From Botryllus schlosseri (taxonomy: Eukaryota): a stretch of 64,000 bases of DNA. This document shows positions 25,436-38,573 of this stretch, in pieces. The position numbers and the translations under genes are program-made. The notes below the pieces were generated by a model that did not search any database, was not told the origin of the DNA, and saw only the letters and a list, made by a program, of their open reading frames with translations. The stretch is from positions 248,001 to 312,000 of the forward strand of contig CM119372.1 in NCBI GenBank assembly GCA_051294905.1, read 5' to 3'. Each line of letters starts with the position of its first letter. The first letter of the stretch is position 1.

Positions 25436-26037
25436 TATAGATAACTAACCTACCGAACCGATAGATGCGCATCACGTGATTCACGGTCGAGTGACGCTAC
25501 AGTCGCCGATTTGTTGTCGCTTCATAGCATGAAACGGCAACGTAATTGCTAATCCCATAGATGACGACCCGAGCGCTCAAATTAAATAAAGTCGATCTTA
25601 TTTGAAAGCTTCAGTCACGCTGATTCTGAGAATATACATCAAAATCTGATAAGGGCAATGGAACCCCCTCGAAATAGCCCTCCAAGTCTGAAAATCGGTA
25701 TTGTTCTGAACAATCGCAACCACACAAGAACCATTGTTGAGGTCATTGTGCTGCGTCGTTGTCATTGTTTAGAACAATGCCAATTTTCAGACTTTGAAGG
25801 CTATTTCGGGGTGGTTCCATTGCCTTAATAAAAATTTAATGTATATTATCAGAATCAGCGCGAATGTAGCTTTCGAATAATATCAACGTTAATAATTTTG
25901 AGCGCTCGGGTCGTCATCTATGGGGTTAGCAATCACGTTGCCGTTTCATGCTATCAAGCGACAACAAATCTGCGACTGTAGCATCACTCGACCTTGAATC
26001 ATGTGATGCGCATCTATCCGTAGGTTAGTTATCTTTA
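25436..26037. mobile_element. P/Galileo-type foldback MITE, about 600-bp imperfect palindrome
   Basis: Arms of about 275 bp starting TATAGATAACTAACCTAC; 7-bp TSD GTCACAT (25429-25435 and 26038-26044). Confidence 0.85.
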
Positions 26038-29000
26038 GTCACATTAAAGATACTTTGGTATTTCTTCGACCATACCGATTTCATTGCACAATGTTGTGAG
26101 ATGATCATGACTTCGGAAATCTGTAACTTCCAGTAACGCTAGTAGCTTTGTACTATGTCTCGTATACTGCGGCACGACCAATCAAGGTGCCAAGGCTTCC
26201 ACAGTGGAAGATAGTATTAAAAGTATAATTCTTGTTGATAAACTAACTCTTGTGGCAAAGAGCATTTCAGTACCGTACTGGCAAAAATCATCTCTCACTA
26301 TTCGACTCCAATCATTAAAATTGATCCCTGAGTCAGATTCGGGTGCTGGAATCATCGTGCCCAGCCATATAAGAGTCAATGAATCGCTTAGGTAACGATC
26401 AGTCAACGTTTACAGAAGATAATCATGTTACAAAGTGAATAGCATTCAATAAACACTGGAGTGCGTTTTAGGATTGCCGCATCGTTTTTTTGACAAACTG
26501 ACTTTGCACCCTGTTCTGTAACATGCTTCTTAATTGCTTGCCTGTCTTTTTCAATAATTCTATAGGCAGTGTCTCATCGAGTGTGCCGGAATTCATTGAA
26601 TAAAAAAATCGAAAATAAGGTAGGCCTACTGTTCCTGGGAATAGAATATGCAATGAGATACACTCTTGAATAAGGCTGCTTCTTCAAAATTTCATCCCAA
26701 AAAGTAGTAATCTTTGATCCCTGGCCCCTTTTCAGCAACGGTTGAACATCGATTTTTGATTTGGGTTAGAACTGTTGTGAAATGTTTGTGACCTGTTTAT
26801 GTTATAAAATATGTCAAGAATCAATAAATCAGGGGTTAGCCGCGTCAAACATATGTTATCTCAGATCTGTAGTCAGGGTTAGAAGCAAAAAAATAAGTTT
26901 GTGGGGTGGGAATAACCAGAGTGTGCCATAGAGTCATTTTGACACCCTTCTCTCTCTTCATTGTATCTATGATTTTGAAATCAAAAACAATAAATATATT
27001 AGGGTTGTTCAAAATTTGGAAAATGTTTGGAATACTGCGTATCCATGGCTTATTCTGTAGATTATTGTTAAAAACAATTCTGGGCCTGAAAGAAGCTCGC
27101 AGGAAAGTCAGTAAAACAATTCTGGGCCTGAAAGAAGCTCGCAGGAAAGTCAGTAACATTTGTCTAAATGCGTTTGAAAGTCGTTGGTAAAGAGTGGGCG
27201 GGCCACCGACAGCAGAGTTGCGAAAAGGCGGGCAATCACGAAAACAAGGTTGGGTCATTGCCTGCCAAATCAACCAAATTTTTTTCAAAAGATAACCCTA
27301 TGGTCATGGATTTTATTCAAATCGCACACAAAGGGAGACAGTGATCCCCTGATCAGAAAAAACTTGATTTTATCGAAATCGGATAAGTCGTTGAGATTTT
27401 ATCGCAGTGAGAAAAATACCACTTTTTGCGTTCATTGAACCATGTTGAAATGGCATTTCTGAACAACTTATTTTGCATGGATCTTTATACATGATGGGCT
27501 TGAGTTTTCGTGGGTGAATCAGCGTTTTCAAGACCGCTGTTACGGGAACTTTGATTGTGAACAATAATATGCTGGATATTTCAAAAGTTTATAGGTCAAA
27601 TGAGCAGAGACGGTTGGGCCCTCAAAGAAATCAGTCATGTATGACCGAATTTTCTGGGCCGAAATGTGAAAAAAGGTATACTTCAAATTTATTGAGTAAG
27701 GTATCAAATGAAAGCTAAGAACAAATACAATGCAGTAATAGGAATCCCAATAGTGATTTCAAGGATCTAAGCAGTGTCATAGCAAGAAAACTAAGGTCAT
27801 GATATTTCCCCCGTGTCTGAAGGTATTTTGGGGGGTATAATTTATACAGCTGCTTGGTTTTTGGTTTTGTGATTAAGTATATTAATTAGCTAGCACTGTC
27901 CATTTCCTTCCATGGTGCAAGTGATATCAAACATTTATTCAAGCTATTATTCAGTCAAAGATATAAGGAAGTGCCTAGTTCTATATTATACATAACATTT
28001 CACTCGAACATGTCTGGGTAACCAATACATTAACAGTCATAGACAGAACCCCTGAGTGTGCCTTTGGGGTATTGTTGTTTCGTAACACAAGATTTTAATT
28101 CATGAAGTTGAGTGTGGTGCATTTTCGGAATGCAAAATTTTGAATCATTGAAAATATCATAGGATTGCTTTTCAAAGCACAATCAGTTGCAAATATTGCT
28201 TTGTAATTCGTATCCAACCGTTCTTTCTTTGAGCACCTCATCTATCCTTAGATTAAATTACCAGCTACTGGTTAATATCAGAAAAAGAATTATATTAGGC
28301 CTACTTTGTTGCGCTTTTATGTCACTTTTCTTCGCACGTCACTTGTTGCTGTAATGTCACAAAATGAACTGAATGTAGGGTGAGATTGATTAGCCATGTG
28401 CTCCCAAATTCCATCTCCATCTTTATCTTGTCACAATTTGGTGAAATATATTTGTATTCTAGCTCACGAGGTAGCGCATCATTTGGCAAACTAATATCAA
28501 TACAATCAAGTTTCTAGGTCATTGTATTTAGATTTGACACCAAATTTTGTAATGATACGTCATTTTGGATAAAATATGGTTTGGGCAGGATGGTGATACG
28601 ATATTGGCCATTCTCTTTGAACAGTTCGTCATTCTTATACATTATCTTTAAAACCGCAATTCTCGACCATTTGTCTCCATTAGTTTAAAAATCATCTATA
28701 AGTAGTTAATTTGGTCATTTTAATCCTTACTAATAGAAAACAATCAAACTTGAACGGTCCAACAAATATGGTAACCACACTGAGTGTACAAGTCAGGATA
28801 TATTATAAACTTGTCAGCATACATGGTATATTACATTGATGCCATGCAGAGATGGTACAGCCTGATTTCTGATTGATGTATCTATCTGGTTCATGATGAG
28901 GTTGGAGAATGTGAATTCATGCAAGACGATATACTTGTGATCAACCCGCAAATTTTACTACTGTGTTTGAATACGAAAAATGGAAATTAGACGTTCTCGA

Positions 29001-30308
29001 CTTGGAAAATGTCTCTATCAATTATAATTCATAAACTTTGTGGCTGACTATGAACATGAACATGTACTTCGTATTTCAAGTTTTGTTTTGCTTGAATGAC
29101 TGATGAGGCACTGTCTCTTCTGACCGCATGCCCCTACCAATGCCAGTCCTAAATCTCAATTTTGCAAACAATTTCAGTTATGCACTTGGACGGGTGACGC
29201 ATACATGTGACATTGAGCTTTCAAGATGAATCTTTGCCACTTAAAAAGAATAATTCCTATGGAACCAGATCATATGTGCATAGTGCAGTTATCAAAATTA
29301 TCTTTTTCAACCATGCATAGCTGCTATACCGCCCGACTATTTGAACATTAATAATCTATGCACCACTCACCAAAATATGAAATATAAAAAGCTGGAATAT
29401 AAAGTAAGCCCTGCCCCAAGCTATTACATATGCTTAATGAAGTATTAATCTATAATACATCAAGGTGTATAAAAAAATATATAACACAAAATACCTTTAG
29501 ACACATGGGAAATATATGAATATAGTTTTCTTGTTATAATGCAGCTTAGATCCTTGAAATCACTATTGGCATTGCCTTTATTGGACAGTGCTCGTTCTTA
29601 GCTTTCATATGATACCTTACTCAATAAATTTGAAGCATACCTTTTTTCACAATCCAACCTGAAAAAAGTCATCACGCATGAGTGGCATGACTGATTTTAC
29701 TCCAGCATTACCTTTAGCCCCCCTTTCAACCCCAAATGGCTAGGTTATTATCATAATAAAAATATTCAAAATGAGTGTTAGGCTATATACTTTCTGAAAA
29801 TGTACTCCATTTAAAGCCACAGAGAAAGACTAATTTACAGTAAAATTCTAAAGTTCATGATCTAAAAAATGATACCTCTTAACGGTTGACTGAGCGCAAA
29901 AAGTGCACTTTTTCAAATCCCCATAAATCCAAAACCGCTGAATGTATTTCCGCGAAATAACTTTTGTTCAATTTGAAATTGATCTATGTTGCTTAGGAAT
30001 TGCATTTGATGTTCATTTTGAAACATGTGGTTATCTGCCTCGGTTGATTTGGGCTGGAATTACCCGGTTGCTGATTGGCTAATCGGCTAAGCTTCAATGA
30101 TTACTGCAACGGCTGACTCGGGTTCGGGTGCGTCGCTTTACTAAATTGAAAGTCTGCTTTGCTGAGGTCGAGTCTGTGAGTAGCGGCTGTGGTTCTGTTC
30201 AAGCGCGTTGTGGGTTGATGAGTCATAAGTAGTACTGTAACACGTGTTCTTTGAATGCTGTAGAGTCGATAGCAGTCGTTTATGGATTGGAGCAACAATA
30301 TTGCAGTC

Positions 30309-31560
30309 ATGGCAGAAGCAAAACGGCGAAAGATTGTACAGTGTACACATGCCGCAGCGAAGAACAAGATCTAAATCTGAGCAGTACCGTACTTGGTCGG
30401 ATATACTTGCGATTACATCTGTGGCTCGAGATTACCAACTATATGAGAAGTAATGAGATGCTTTCTGCATCTGAAAGAGCATTGTCCTCAGTCAACCCCT
30501 ACTCATGAACTATTTAATGAGGTGGTGGATGCTGTAATGACTGTGGAAAATGGCAAGGATTGCGACACTGTGGTGCGATCACTTCCAAACCTGCACAAAA
30601 GATGGCGTGATCACATGGTATGCCCACCGTAAGAAGAGCACGAGCAGTCTTGATGGAAAACAGCAATTCAAGACTCTGACTATTCCTACATGTTTTAAAG
30701 AACGAGCAGCAATGACAGTTGATAACTTCAAGCTACTACTGACCAGAAAAGATTTCTTCACAAAGGATGACTAGAGACAATGTGTGACTATTGCTCAGGC
30801 TCTTCTCAGTTTCTCAGTACAGATATATACATCATCACAAACCTGGTGCAACACACCATGCAAGATGGATGGGCACAATTCTGTATGCTTAGAAGATATT
30901 GATGTGGGCTTATCAATAAATTACAAATCTGAAGAAGTGGAACTACTGCATCGCTTCAATTTGTTTTTAGTTCACTTTTATATACCTGCCTGGGTTGATT
31001 CCAGCATCGGTCGTGATGCAGCCGGTAATGACTTGAGATTCACCCAGGACATGTTGAGTTACAAGGAACATGATCAACAAGTTTCCAAAGCTGCTTTACA
31101 ACAGCTTTTAAAGTGTATGACTGGTATATCAGGGAGGAAACCGCTGTATATGCCTTGTTTTCGCTGAGTGAAAGCATTGAAACCCGAGAAAATATGGGAA
31201 AGACGCTCCTGCAGGTAGAGCGAACTTCAAGTTTCAGAAGGGGCCCAGCCTCATAAAGTGCAACTGTGCATATCAACAAGGACACTACTTTGTCTGATTT
31301 TATTGGGCCACAGTCGTGGACCGTGGTACATACTTGATCTTTTCGAATGCTCTGGGGCGTGGCTAACTCAACTGGTTGATGTTTGGAACTTATCAGATTC
31401 CTACACCAGAATGAGCTCCGACATCAATTCTGGCAAAGTCGTTAATGATACCGCAGAACGAGGTGTAAAGCTAAGCACAGACTATGCTGCAATCTTGACT
31501 GACAATGAACAACAAAGAAACAGATGTGTTACAGCATAGGAAGACCGTTGGAGACAGCAG
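30309..31560 (+). pseudogene. Decayed, internally deleted transposase of the outer element
   Basis: Fragments RRTRSKSEQY, PGATHHARWM, FYIPAW..AAGNDLRF and VVNDTAERGVKL, homologous to 32709-35075. Many stops and frameshifts; the HWDGK/FDTT/CRHH core is missing. Confidence 0.85.
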
Positions 31561-31949
31561 GAAGTCAACTCTAATCAAAAGCCTGTAATCTGCAACTTGT
31601 GCCTGACCATGCAACACTGATCCTGCAGCGTACTTTTTTAATGTCTGTTGTAAATAGTGCTTTTTGCCTTCATTTAATCGTGAATAAAAAGGGTAATATC
31701 CGTTCGTTTATTGGTGAGACGTCGACTAGACATAACAAGTACTACTGAGATGTTGACTACCGGCGGGAAATTTTTGAGTTTCACTCACTGTCAGTAAGTT
31801 TTGGAAAGGTTGAAGGTCGCAAGATGCATGCATATAGTTTATTCGTATCTTAACTAGGGATAGCACCTGTGCAATACATAGCAACACTGTTATACACATT
31901 CTGCAGGTAGATAATAACTTGGGGGGTTGCAATGTTGTACTATGTGTAT

Positions 31950-34900
31950 TAGGGTTGTTCAGAATTGACCGACTTTCAAAAAGTCTAGGTTTTCAGTCCG
32001 TTTCCCATGCCTTATACCTTAAAAACAAATTCTGGCAACTTTTTTTTGTAATTCATCCCCTGCATCCGTGTGCACATTGCCGTTTTCTCATGCACCTAAA
32101 AATTTCTTCGGAATTAGGGGATTTCCCCGTTGTCAGTGACTCGACAGGAATGGCGTGTGTTCTCATTGACGTGACGCGTATGTTCTAGCGTTGATGAAGC
32201 GCTGAGCACGGCTGTGAAACGGGGATCATTGATTAGTCAGGTGTCTTGCTGCTTTGTTGTTGATGGACTGTGTTTACGATTGAGGTGCAGGACTTATCAG
32301 GCGGCGTTTTGACTCATGCTATTAGCGAGTTTAGCGCGTGATTAGTGAACATAGTATTATAGCAGTATACAACTATTTGATATAATAGACCTGATACTCT
32401 TTTCCTTTCTACTGGGATATAAACAAAGCTTGCAAATGTCTATTCCAGTGACTGGGGAAAACCGCCAGTCGGTTGCTCTAAATTTTTTGTTATATCCCAA
32501 GATATCAATATACTGGTATGAGTTTTTCCAATTTAGGAATAACTATCTTCGATAATCTATAACTGGATCTAATCTGGCTACTCCTGTGCAAGTTATGCAG
32601 TATGTGTTCGACCTAAAACTCTAAAAGAACTGAAATGTTTTCCACTATTCTTTGTTGCTTGACTGAGTTTATGTATATATGTTTTTCTAGGATTAGCTGT
32701 AGTGCGAAATGTCTGAAAAAAAAGAAAATCGTCATCTAGTGAAGCAGTACCGAAGAAAACTAGAAGAACACGATCGCAGACACAGCATTTCTTAGTTGGG
32801 CCATCTGAGGAAGCCATTACGGGATCGAAGTTGCCCACTCTGAGGCAAGTTATGCAATATGTGCTACACCTGAGAGAGCATTCATTTTTAAAAAATGAAC
32901 CAGTCAAGTCACACATCCAGATCGCAGTAGATGAAGTGATCGGTTTTTGGTTACTTGCTGGCATAAAGATATCACAAAAGTCAATGCCACTAAAAGATTG
33001 GAAACAGTATGGAAACAATGGCTGTCACTAAAGAATGGCTGTCACTAAAGAAAACTGCAGGCCGGCAATATGTATCAAAAAAACAAAGCGACTTTGAAGC
33101 CAAACTGAGTAAGCTATGGGATATAGGAGCCCCTGACGCGATAGCGACAATTGAAGCAAGTAGACTTCTTTCTGACGATAAAAAACGTGAAGACATGGCA
33201 TTTTATCAGGATCAAAGGGGTCCGAGATTAGCAACGATCGGTGGCAAAGATAAAGTGTTGAAAGCGAAAATCATGCAACAAAAGAGACGGACCATGAGTG
33301 CAAGAGAGTCTGCACCAGCATCAAGTAGCGAAGGTGAATTTACAGAGAGCTCATCTATATCTTCACAGGTAGCTGACACTTCTCACAGCACTGATTTTGA
33401 ACTTGCACAGTCGACATCTGGTCATTCCGCTAAATTTGTGACTCTAAAAGCTCCTGTAAACCTATTCAGCGACGAAGACCTATGCCAGGTTTTTGATCGC
33501 TTGAAAGTCAGTGATAATGCCGCTACCATGATAACTGCAGCACTGAATAAAGCTTGCGATGGCAACCCTAATGACTTCCATCCTTCAAGATCTGGGACCT
33601 ATCGACGACGCATTGCAAATCGTTTGAAAATTTCCGAATCTATCTTTGAAAAAATATCCACTAATCCACCAGAGCACATTGCATTGCACTGGGATGGAAA
33701 GCTCACTAAGAGTCGTCTAGGATATCAATTTAAGGCCTTGGCAGTGCTCGCATCGTCTGCGTATTCCGGCGCATTTAAGAAAGGGAAACTTCTTGGCATT
33801 CAAACTCTGGAAATTGGTACAGGAAAAGCACATGCTGATGCATCATTTCAACTGCTGGAACTTTGGAATTTAAAATCTGTTAGAGCTCTTGTGTTTGACA
33901 CAACATCCTCAAACACTGGTAAAAACAAAGGTGCGGTTCCGTTACTTGAAGAATTGATTAACAGGAAAGTTTTCTACAATGCCTGTCGCCATCATATTTA
34001 TGAACTGGTCATTCGAGAGGTTTGGAAGTGTTTGTTTGGATCGACAACCACAGGCCCTGAAAACACGGATTTTAATACCTTCAAGAAGAAGTGGAAACAT
34101 ATTGATAAATCAAGAAGCTATAAAACGCTGAAGTTTATTGAAGGTAGCTGGTTGGCGATGAAAGCTGTTGAAGCAAAGCAAGAAATAATTCCACTGATGA
34201 AACCCAATGATGGAAAGCAGAAAGAAGTCTTGATAAGAGATGACTACAGAGAATGTAGAGAATGTGCAACAGGCACCTTGGCGATTTTGGATGACAAATA
34301 TGTTGATCATCGTTTTCGCAAGCCTGGTGCTACTCATAGCGCTAGATGGATGAGTCAAGTCCTGTACTGTCAAAAAATGTTCATGTGGAGTGAGCAAATG
34401 GACTATTCTGAAGAGTTCATTGAAAAGTTGGAACGAATCAATACATTCATTGCTTTGTTTTATGTTCCAGCTTGGTTGAAAACTGGTATTGCATGTGACG
34501 CACCTTGGAATGATCTCAAATTCCTTCATGACATGAAAAACTTTTCATTATGCGATCTCACTGTTGCTGATGTGGCATACAAGAAATTGGGAAAACATCA
34601 TTGGTATCTAACTGAGGAAATGGTGGTATTTACCATGTTCTCGGCTAATCCAAAGATTCCTGACAAACTGAAGGAAGCGATGGCTGCTAAATTGCTGAAA
34701 ATGCCAATCCCTGAAAAATTTCGCAGAGGTATGCCTCTCAGTCTGATCTCTGACTCTGTCTCTGAGTCAATGAGTATGGTCGATTTGATTGGGCCAGAAT
34801 CGTGGTTTCTATTTGATGCTATACATGTGGAACATGATTGGTTGAGTCTTCCAGTTTCGGAATGGCATACTGATCCAGATTTCGTGACTGCTCAAGAATT

Positions 34901-35609
34901 TGTGAATACTGTTGAAGTAGTTAATGATGCAGCAGAGCGTATGGTAAAATTGAATACCAACTATGCTGCGTTCATAACGGATGACGAAAAACAGCGAGCG
35001 AGCCTCCTACAAGCTGTGGAAGATCACCTGAACAGATATGCAGATTTCTCGAAAGCAACCATTTCATCCACCTGATTTATATAATATTTTGCCAAGTTGA
35101 TCTCTTTCTTTGCCTTAGTTTTTCGTTTCCTGTGATGTTTATTATGTGGCTGTGAGTGGATGTTACATTTACAGTTGTATTCTTGCACATGGGGATCCAG
35201 GAAATTGATGAACAGTGCCTGGTAGGTTTGAGGGGTGTAGGATATGTGATCCAACAAAATGACTATCAGTTTTAGGTAGTTTTGAGCAGTTCTAAGGCAG
35301 TGTGGGACATGGAAATGATATCCTGAACTAGGAATGCCTTATATAGTGGGGTTTTGTAGCACTCCAAACCGCAACAGCTGCATAAATCCATGTTATATGT
35401 CACTTTAACTAGGCTAGGTAAAATCGTGACACTCAGATTTTAGGGGAATCCCCTATTTTCATCTGCTATTCTTCCAGTTCAATGTGCACACGGATGCAGG
35501 GGATGAATTACAAAAAAAAGTTGCCAGAATTTGTTTTTGAGGTATAAGGCATGGGAAACGGACTGAAAACCTAGACTTTTTGAAAGTCGGTCAATTCTGA
35601 ACAACCCTA
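31950..35609 (+). mobile_element. 3.66-kb TAGGG-ended hAT element (hATm/hATx-like) nested in its relative
   Basis: About 130-bp near-identical TIRs starting TAGGGTTGTTCAGAATTGACCGAC; exact 8-bp TSD ATGTGTAT (31942-31949 and 35610-35617). Confidence 0.95.
32709..35075 (+). CDS. Divergent hAT DDE transposase; 688-aa open frame at 33009-35075, N-terminus frameshifted
   Basis: Motifs LHWDGK, FDTTSSNTG, CRHHIYEL, PGATHSARWMS, APWNDL, HHWYLTEE and VVNDAAERMVKL. The N-terminus is broken at an A8 tract (~32716), at ~32975 and by a 17-bp duplication (33017-33050). Confidence 0.88.
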
Positions 35610-37251
35610 ATGTGTATGGACTCTCGATGACAACATTAACAAAGGCAATATATCATGTCTGCAATGCCACCAACAGAAACGACTGCACAACAACACACAG
35701 ATTGTTACCATCAGTGTTCACAAAGTCGGTCTTTCAGTCAATCAGTAGCTTATTATTACCGGCTTCAACCAATCAAGATTATTGGCTTCTGTTTGCCCGC
35801 CCACTTCATCGATGCCCCGCCCACTCGCCGACGGCTACTTTCAAACGCATTTAGACAAATCTTACCGGCTTTTCTGCGAGATTCTTTCAGGCCCATTATT
35901 GTTTTTTAACACTAATCTACAGAATAAGCTATGGATACGCAGTATTCCAAACATTTTCCAAATTTTGAACAACCCTAATATATATGTTCAATAATGATTA
36001 GGCCTACATAAAAATTGACACAAAAAATTTATTGGTCTCATTATCAAGACCGAATAATCTTAACAATTCAATAAAGTCTTCAAAAGCTCCATCAGTCTTG
36101 ATTTCAAGTCTTCACTTCATTGATAAGACTGAAATTGGTCAAATATTGGACCATATCCTTTGATTGTCTAGAACAGTGGTTCTTAACCTTTTTTCCTCCA
36201 GCGCCCCCCAACCTCATATTGTAAGGAATGTAATAAAGACAATGAGTACGAGGGAGGGCCGTAACAGCACTTCGTCAACCCCCCTAAAAACGATTACTTT
36301 GCGCACCCATAGCGTGATAAACCAAACTTCTGAGGGCTTCGCCCCCAAGAACCCCGTAGCGTGATTTCGATGGTCAGCAAAGTTTGTGTGGCCTGGTCGC
36401 CCTTGGTGATAAAATTTTCTTTAATGCATGCATGAATAGGTGGTAATTACACATATACGTCGCTATAAACTTTTTATCCTCCCAGCCCTCGTAATCAGAT
36501 TTACCAGTAGCGCTGAGTGAGCTGTTGTATTGGAAAATAAAGGGCACGTAATTCATAATTAAACATATTCGGGCGTGCCCGTAGGTACAATTAATTCGTT
36601 ACCAGGGCCGTAACAGCACTTCGTCAGCCCCCCCTAAAAAAAACACGTTGTTCTCTGGCCCCCCATAAGGTGATAAACCAAACTTCTAGGTGGCTTCGCC
36701 CCAAGACCCCCCTTTGGCTATCCGCTATTTGCTGATACTGGTCATCTACATTTGGTGTCCATTTAATGAGCCAGCTATTCTCGCTTCGAAGCGCGAAAAA
36801 TTTTACTAATTATTGATTGAATTGGTCAATATGATCGAGAATTGCATATATATTGATATCAATTTTTATCCTCTCTCTGCTCACGTAAACAGATTTACCG
36901 GTAGAGCTGAGTGATGTGTGATTGAAAAGGTAGGACCCCTCAATAATGATTATGCATCTTCGGGCGTATACCCGTTGGCAGGAACGAAACGACATTTCTA
37001 CAGGCCCCCTGAAAAAACTTGGGTCTTGGGCTCCCATAGGGTGATAAACCGACCGCCCCCCATCACGTTGTTCGCTTTTGCCACGAAATCAGCTGTAGCC
37101 TACTGCTTAGCGAGCCAGTGCGAAGCGCGAAAGTTTTCGATTATTCATGATAAAATCGGTCAATAAGATCAGGAATTGCATATATATTGCTGTCAATTTC
37201 TTGTCCTCTCTGCTCATGTCACCAGATTTTCCGGTAGAGCTGAGTGAGGTG

Positions 37252-37436
37252 CAATGTTCCCTCTAAGCTGCGCACGTGCGCAGTGCTGACACGGTCTCTG
37301 CGCACAGAAAATCTACGTTGCGCACAACAAATCCGAAGTTATGACCTTTTTTTAGTCGTTACGCACTGTTGTCCAAGGGTCTGCGCAGTGAGTTGGTGAG
37401 TGTGCGCAGACTCGTCAAAACGTAGAGGGAACATTG
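37252..37436. mobile_element. 185-bp hAT-type MITE
   Basis: TIR CAATGTTCCCTCTA / TAGAGGGAACATTG; approximate TSD GTGAGGTG/GTGCGGTG; TGCGCA subrepeats. Confidence 0.75.
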
Positions 37437-37575
37437 TGCGGTGTCTTGGAAATTGTAGGGCCCGTAACTAATAGTTAAACACATTCGGGCGGGCGGACCC
37501 GTTGGTATGACTTCGTTGCATGATTTTATTTCGTGACCTCCTGTCTGCTATATCAAAAAATAAAGAATCGCCCAA

Positions 37576-37603
37576 CAGGGATATCTAGTTCTATATATCC
37601 CTG
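37576..37603. mobile_element. 28-bp palindromic transposon remnant between 8-bp TSDs
   Basis: TCGCCCAA|CAGGGATATCTAG-TT-CTATATATCCCTG|TCGCCCAA. Confidence 0.8.
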
Positions 37604-38391
37604 TCGCCCAATCGTACTAAACTAAAAGACGCACACGATTTCAAATTGGTATTTTTTCACTGGCATATAATTTTTCCCAGCCAGATGGAATTCGTCTTCT
37701 GAGGTTCAGATCGCCAAGACAGGAACATTCCGTGCCAGTCATTTAGGCGCCCATGGACAATTAAAGCTATATGTCTTTTGTAGGCTATATAAAACGAAGT
37801 TTTCAGTGTTAATTCGCTCTGAATACTCATTAAGAATATGTCCTACTACCACATCATCTACTGCGAAGCCATTTTTCTCCAGCGCCCCCCATATCGCCCC
37901 TTGAACCCAGCGCCCTCCATGTCGCCCCCTGAGCGTTTCCGCCCCCTTCAAAATCGCCAGCGCCCCTTGGGGGGCGCTGGTGGCAAGGTTAGGAACCACT
38001 GGTCTAGAATTTAAGACCGAAATTGCAATTTATTTTGTCTAATGCACTGCGGAGTATTTTTGTTTTCAATTCAGTTTAATATAAAAATTTTTATCATTTC
38101 AATACACCGCAAGGTTGCAACACAATGAAAAGATGGGGAGTTGACGAAACGACATGGAGTAGTCTTTGAAATAAGACACCAACCTGTTTATTCCACAATG
38201 CTATAGCGACGAGTCAACTGGGCCCAAACAATATTTAAACAAAATGAATCACTGGCATTTACGGTGTCAGAAGCTTATGAATGAATGAATTTACTACGTC
38301 GCCTCAGTAACGTGGAATAAAATGCAAGCTTGCATAATTCTATCTCTATGTGGCAGATACTGTCAATATGATTGACCATTGACAGACTTAC

Positions 38392-38573
38392 CTTATTTCT
38401 TTTGGTCTACATACAGGCAGCGAGTAGTAGTGGTAAGTCTCATGAGGATTGAAGTACGGTCCCACTTTATTAACAAAAATCTCCACGCGATCGCCTACTT
38501 TATACGTGCCCATCCCAACGACACAGTGGAAAGACAGTGTCAAACAACCCAAAACCACGCCAGGCAGAAACAT
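38392..38573 (-). CDS. TM9SF1: TM9SF1 coding exon 1 of 2
   Basis: Signal peptide, then [37 protein letters not shown]. Donor AG|GTAAGT is phase-compatible with the exon ending at 22578 (intron 22579-38391). Confidence 0.94.

Larger units (their letters stand above)
27000..35977 (+). mobile_element. Large TAGGG-ended hAT-superfamily element (outer), inside the TM9SF1 intron
   Basis: About 160-bp TIRs starting TAGGGTTGTTCAAAATTTGGAAAATGTTTGGAATACTGCGTATCCAT; TSD AAATATAT/ATATATAT; carries a decayed transposase. Confidence 0.85.
36174..38001. mobile_element. Buster/Charlie-type non-autonomous hAT with an internal tandem triplication
   Basis: TIR CAGTGGTTCTTAACCTT / AAGGTTAGGAACCACTG; exact TSD GTCTAGAA. 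Confidence 0.88.

Noticed and set aside
26845..27288. 147-aa ORF and similar ORFs at 35655-35994
   Set aside because: Translations of the outer hAT TIRs, including the 42-bp duplication.
33009..35075. Domesticated transposase host gene
   Set aside because: It retains near-perfect TIRs and a TSD and has a broken N-terminus.
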